Shown piece after piece: positions 51,727 through 55,234 of a DNA stretch of 55,234 bases (position 1 is the first letter of the stretch; the number at the start of each line of letters is the position of its first letter). The notes under the pieces are model-generated. The model saw only the letters and a program-made list of their open reading frames with translations. It had not been told where the DNA came from and did no database searches. This stretch comes from Eubacteriales bacterium (GTDB lineage: Bacteria > Bacillota > Clostridia > Oscillospirales > CAG-272), in assembly GCA_045606685.1 (NCBI GenBank), contig JAZUSJ010000140.1:1-55234 (forward strand). Direction: 5' to 3'. Position numbers and translations under genes: made by a program.

Positions 51727-52311
51727 ATGGCATATATTACCAACACCGCTTTTGAGCCTCGCATCACCAACAACCGCTGCGAAGACCTGGTGAACATCAC
51801 CGGTCGCTACCAGGAGGAATCTGCTGACGCCGTTTGCTCCGCCGGTATGCTGTGTGTGCGCGTGTCTCAGCTTCCCAACGAGGGCTACACCGGCGTTTAC
51901 AACGAGAACGCCTGGATCATGAACGCTGCCGCTGACAGTGTGACCGCCAACGACGTTATTTATGCGTCGAACACCTACGAATGGCCCATGGTTTCCGGCA
52001 ACAACGGCAACATTTGGGCTGTTGGTTACAGCACTCTGGGTCTGCCGATCCCCGAGGGGCGCGACGGCACCTTTACCCGCATCGACTTTAACGGTGAGAA
52101 CGTTTACCGTTTCGGCGTCGGCAACCTTTCCGCTGCCCTCGGCTCCAACACCTATTTCACCATCGCCGACGGCCTGCTGACCCCTGCCGCCTCCGCTCCC
52201 ACCGCCAACGGCGCGATCTACTTTGAGCTGCGCGGCACCGGCAACTTCACCGAAGGCACCAGAAACAGCTTCGGCTACGTGGATGTGGTCGCCAAGACCG
52301 TCGTGGCCTGA
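51727..52311 (+). CDS. Head-module protein (decoration/scaffold candidate)
   Basis: AAAGGAGAGTGAAAGAAA-ATG, directly upstream of the capsid gene. Confidence 0.4.
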   Translation: MAYITNTAFEPRITNNRCEDLVNITGRYQEESADAVCSAGMLCVRVSQLPNEGYTGVYNENAWIMNAAADSVTANDVIYASNTYEWPMVSGNNGNIWAVGYSTLGLPIPEGRDGTFTRIDFNGENVYRFGVGNLSAALGSNTYFTIADGLLTPAASAPTANGAIYFELRGTGNFTEGTRNSFGYVDVVAKTVVA

Positions 52312-52329
52312 GAAGGGAGAGTGTAAGAC

Positions 52330-53565
52330 ATGGCTAAGATCAATCTGAACAGTGTTTCCGACACTATTTTCGCCGTGAAAGCCAACGAGGTTTCCGACGG
52401 CACCAATCAGCGCGCCGACATCGTTGCCAAGGGCCGTATGCTGGCCTACGCCCACGCCCAGAAGGGCAAAAACGCGATGGACAAGGCTCTCGGCATTATG
52501 ACCAACAACAGCGTCATGCTGAACGATACTGACTATCGCAAGCTGAACGAGCAGTTCCAGCACGATCATCTGATGTACGCCGCCAAGAAGTGCGCCGAGT
52601 ACAACGGTTCTGCGGCTCCTGCCACCTGGGAGGACTTCCGCCGCAACGGCATGAACTACTACGGCAACGCCCATTTTTATGCGGTGCTTCAGGGCATTTA
52701 TCAGGAGATCGTCACTCCTATTCTGCCCGCCGTTTATTCCGAAGCGGTTTCCCGCTTTGCCGATGTGGTCGAGGTCGGCTTTGGCGAGACCTATGCGCTG
52801 GCTGTCAACTCCAACGACATCATTCTGTTCCAGGATTCCTCCTGGGGCGCTTCCCGCTCTGTGCCTCGCAATCGCCTTTATACCGCGACTTACACGCTGA
52901 ATCCTCAGCCCAAAACCGCTATGGTCACGGCAAAGTGGACGCAACTCATCGGCACCGGTATGGACTTCGGTATGTTCTTCGCAAACATCGTGGCCGGAAT
53001 GTACTCCAAGACCATGGCTATGTGGTCTGCCGCTATGACCACCGCTGCCTCCGATACCAACCTGATTCCTTCCGCGCTGAATTACATCTTCTCCGCGCAG
53101 AACTGGGCCATCGGCTCCAACAAGATCGCCGCTCTGAACGACACCGCCACCGGCAACCTGATCGCCGTCGGCAACCGTGTCGCTCTGAGCAAGGTGCTCC
53201 CCACTCAGGCGACCGGCTCCGTGAACGCGGATATGGACGCCGCCCTTGCCATGCTGCTGGGCCGCGACTATAACGACACCGGCTATCTGGGCAATTATCT
53301 GGGCGTTCGTCTGATGCCCGTGAATGACGCCGTTGTTCCCGGCACCCAGAACACCACCGTTGACACCATCCTGTCGAACAACGACATCTGGATGATGGCT
53401 GCCAATGGCCGCAAGCCTCTGACGATTGCTTACAACAGCGCCACTCCCATCACCATCGAGATCGACCCCACCAAGAGCGCCGATTTCGAAATCGGTCTGA
53501 ATCTGACCATCGCTCTGGACAGCGCCGCTGTTTTCGCCAGCAAGATCGCTCACTTCACCGTCTGA
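52330..53565 (+). CDS. Major capsid protein candidate
   Basis: 411 aa; strong SD (GAAGGGAGAG); position in the head module; followed by a GC hairpin (53577-53597). Confidence 0.65.
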   Translation: MAKINLNSVSDTIFAVKANEVSDGTNQRADIVAKGRMLAYAHAQKGKNAMDKALGIMTNNSVMLNDTDYRKLNEQFQHDHLMYAAKKCAEYNGSAAPATWEDFRRNGMNYYGNAHFYAVLQGIYQEIVTPILPAVYSEAVSRFADVVEVGFGETYALAVNSNDIILFQDSSWGASRSVPRNRLYTATYTLNPQPKTAMVTAKWTQLIGTGMDFGMFFANIVAGMYSKTMAMWSAAMTTAASDTNLIPSALNYIFSAQNWAIGSNKIAALNDTATGNLIAVGNRVALSKVLPTQATGSVNADMDAALAMLLGRDYNDTGYLGNYLGVRLMPVNDAVVPGTQNTTVDTILSNNDIWMMAANGRKPLTIAYNSATPITIEIDPTKSADFEIGLNLTIALDSAAVFASKIAHFTV

Positions 53566-53683
53566 TGACGGACAAACGCGGGGCAAAATGCCCCGCAAAT
53601 CACGCCCGAACAGTTTCTTTTATGCGGGGCGGCACCGCAGGGCGCTGTAAAAACAAACTGTGAGACTGAAAGGAGCCTCAAAC

Positions 53684-54442
53684 ATGGCAAACGCGAAAAA
53701 AGGCACCGGAACGAGGAAGACCGTAAAGAAGCAGGAAACCGTGAAAGACGCTGTGGAAGAAGTCAAGATCGTCAATGGACAGCAGAATGACGAAATTACG
53801 CCCGTAAATGACGAAGTTAAAAAGTCCAAAGCGGACGAAGCGGCGGAAGAAATCAAGGCGCTGCGGGAAATGATCGTATCTCTTCAGCAGCAGATCGAAA
53901 CCGCAAAGGCGGCGACGGTACAGCCTGTTTACATCACCGCAGACACCGCAAAAGTGCATTTTCTGTGGCAGGCCGAGGTTGCGGACGACAACACTGTGAC
54001 ATTTGGCGAGAACGGAATGTACGGGCGAATTGTGGGAAAGACGGGCAGTTTTTACGTCCCGAAGAGTGAGATTTCCCGCCTGATGGACGACAAAGTGCGG
54101 CTGTATATGCAGCGCAGATGGCTGATCGTGACGGACGGGCTGGACGATGAAGAGCGCAAGGCTCTGGGCGTAGATTACAAGGTCGGAGAGGTTTTGACCC
54201 CCGCGGCATTTGCGAACATCGTGGAGCTGGGCGACGAGCTGCTGAACATTTATCCCATGCTGTGCGACGGACACAAAAAAATCGTGGCGCAGAGATACCA
54301 TGAGGCGTATGCCAACAACAGCCCTTACGTGACGCGGGAGCGCACGGTAAAGCTGAACGACATGAGCAAGACGGAAAGCAACAAAAAGGGCGACTTTTAC
54401 CGCATCATAGAGCAGATGAACGCGGCTGACGCAACGGAATAA
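53684..54442 (+). CDS. Hypothetical head-module protein (252 aa)
   Basis: GAAAGGAGCCTCAAAC-ATG, chosen inside track ORF 53660..54442. Confidence 0.5.
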   Translation: MANAKKGTGTRKTVKKQETVKDAVEEVKIVNGQQNDEITPVNDEVKKSKADEAAEEIKALREMIVSLQQQIETAKAATVQPVYITADTAKVHFLWQAEVADDNTVTFGENGMYGRIVGKTGSFYVPKSEISRLMDDKVRLYMQRRWLIVTDGLDDEERKALGVDYKVGEVLTPAAFANIVELGDELLNIYPMLCDGHKKIVAQRYHEAYANNSPYVTRERTVKLNDMSKTESNKKGDFYRIIEQMNAADATE

Positions 54443-54467
54443 AAGAAACAGAAGGAGGGGTCTGCAC

Positions 54468-55190
54468 ATGGCAACGACCTGGCAGGACATCGTGACAGAC
54501 AGCGCGATGGTGATAATCGACGACGTGCGGCTTGCGGACGAACTGACGGCTTCGCCTGCGCGGTTTTTCCGCAAAATGAGCCTTTACGTCAAGGAGGCGC
54601 TGCCGATGATGTGCAGGCCCCCCGAGCTTTTGACGCGGCTGAAATCCGGCATGACGGAGCCGCAATTTACTTCGCTGGAATGGGTTTCGACAGAGGAAAG
54701 CACCGGGCAGGAGGTTTCTGTTCCGACAGACTTTCCCAACGCCGAGATCGTTTCGATTGTCCGACGCATCACGGGCAATAACGGAATCGTGACCGAAACC
54801 GTTTACACAGACGCCGCTTATGATGCGGAAACAGGCGTCGTGACGTTCCCCGTCCAACAGAGCGTTGGTGAAGAGTACGAAATCGACCTTTACATTGACG
54901 GGGACTTTTCCTTTGATTTGAGCGCCACGCAGATGCGTCTTTTCGGCATGGCTGTGGCGATCGTATGGGATGAGAGGCAGGAACGGAACTGGCTGAACAT
55001 TCAGCCGAAGATCCAGGACAGCAGTTTCAAGACGGTAAACGAGGCAAATTACATCCGTGCGGCGCAGGAGCGGCTACGCATGAACAGGGCGGCCTTTAAC
55101 GACGAGGCGCGGAAATATGAGCAGGACGTGGCGTATCACTCCACCGTTTCCAGCGTATATCAGAGCCACCAGATCAAGAATCTTATCTGA
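54468..55190 (+). CDS. Hypothetical head-tail joining module protein (240 aa)
   Basis: GAAGGAGGGG SD; its 3' end lies in the 141-bp terminal overlap. Confidence 0.5.
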   Translation: MATTWQDIVTDSAMVIIDDVRLADELTASPARFFRKMSLYVKEALPMMCRPPELLTRLKSGMTEPQFTSLEWVSTEESTGQEVSVPTDFPNAEIVSIVRRITGNNGIVTETVYTDAAYDAETGVVTFPVQQSVGEEYEIDLYIDGDFSFDLSATQMRLFGMAVAIVWDERQERNWLNIQPKIQDSSFKTVNEANYIRAAQERLRMNRAAFNDEARKYEQDVAYHSTVSSVYQSHQIKNLI

Positions 55191-55234
55191 AGGGGCCGGT
55201 GATCCCACATGGCAGACAAAAACATCGGAAACGC
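55094..55234. repeat. Second copy of the 141-bp terminal overlap
   Basis: Identical to 1-141. Confidence 0.97.

Noticed and set aside
51502-53598. 698-aa - strand ORF opposite the capsid genes
   Set aside because: The same antisense artefact: there is no SD, the composition is implausible, and the + strand carries the head module.
1-55234. Alternative genetic code (stop-codon reassignment) as seen in some gut phages
   Set aside because: Standard-code ORFs tile the genome densely, with all three stop codons used at sensible gene ends. The tRNA-like gene has anticodon CCU and is not a suppressor.

Overview
This window is a complete, circularly closed genome of a temperate, siphovirus-like tailed phage with a long tape-measure gene. 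Bases 1-141 are identical to 55094-55234, so the unique length is 55,093 bp and the window break falls inside the structural module. The order, wrapping the ends, is as follows. (1) Terminase, portal, a tRNA, protease/scaffold and major capsid at 45.1-55.2 kb. (2) Ig-like, fibre-like and BspA-type LRR proteins, major tail protein, tape measure and distal tail proteins at 0.1-18.5 kb. (3) Holin(s), a cysteine-peptidase endolysin and a metallophosphoesterase at 18.5-21.3 kb. (4) A 6.5-kb leftward accessory operon at 21.4-27.9 kb, encoding small acidic/unknown proteins, a lipoprotein, a XerC/D-like tyrosine recombinase and a terminal HTH gene. It faces a divergent RHH repressor with TTGTACAA operators. 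(5) A 660-bp non-coding block. (6) A replication module: a DUF1376-like organiser with internal ori-like phased repeats, a DNA methyltransferase and a DnaC-like loader. (7) A MazF/PemK-like toxin. (8) attP carrying a tRNA-Pro(GGG) 3' fragment, the integrase and a CI/Cro switch. (9) A recombination module (YqaJ-type exonuclease, RecT, SSB, RuvC-like resolvase) interrupted by an intact solo TnpB with a structured downstream RNA region. The most striking unexplained signal is 13 exact same-strand copies of CAAGAAAAT placed at the gene-start junctions of the leftward operon. All functional calls rest on motifs read by eye from the supplied translations and sequence; no database search or folding program was run. 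The host is probably a Gram-positive Clostridia-type bacterium, which is a low-confidence inference from the protein types.
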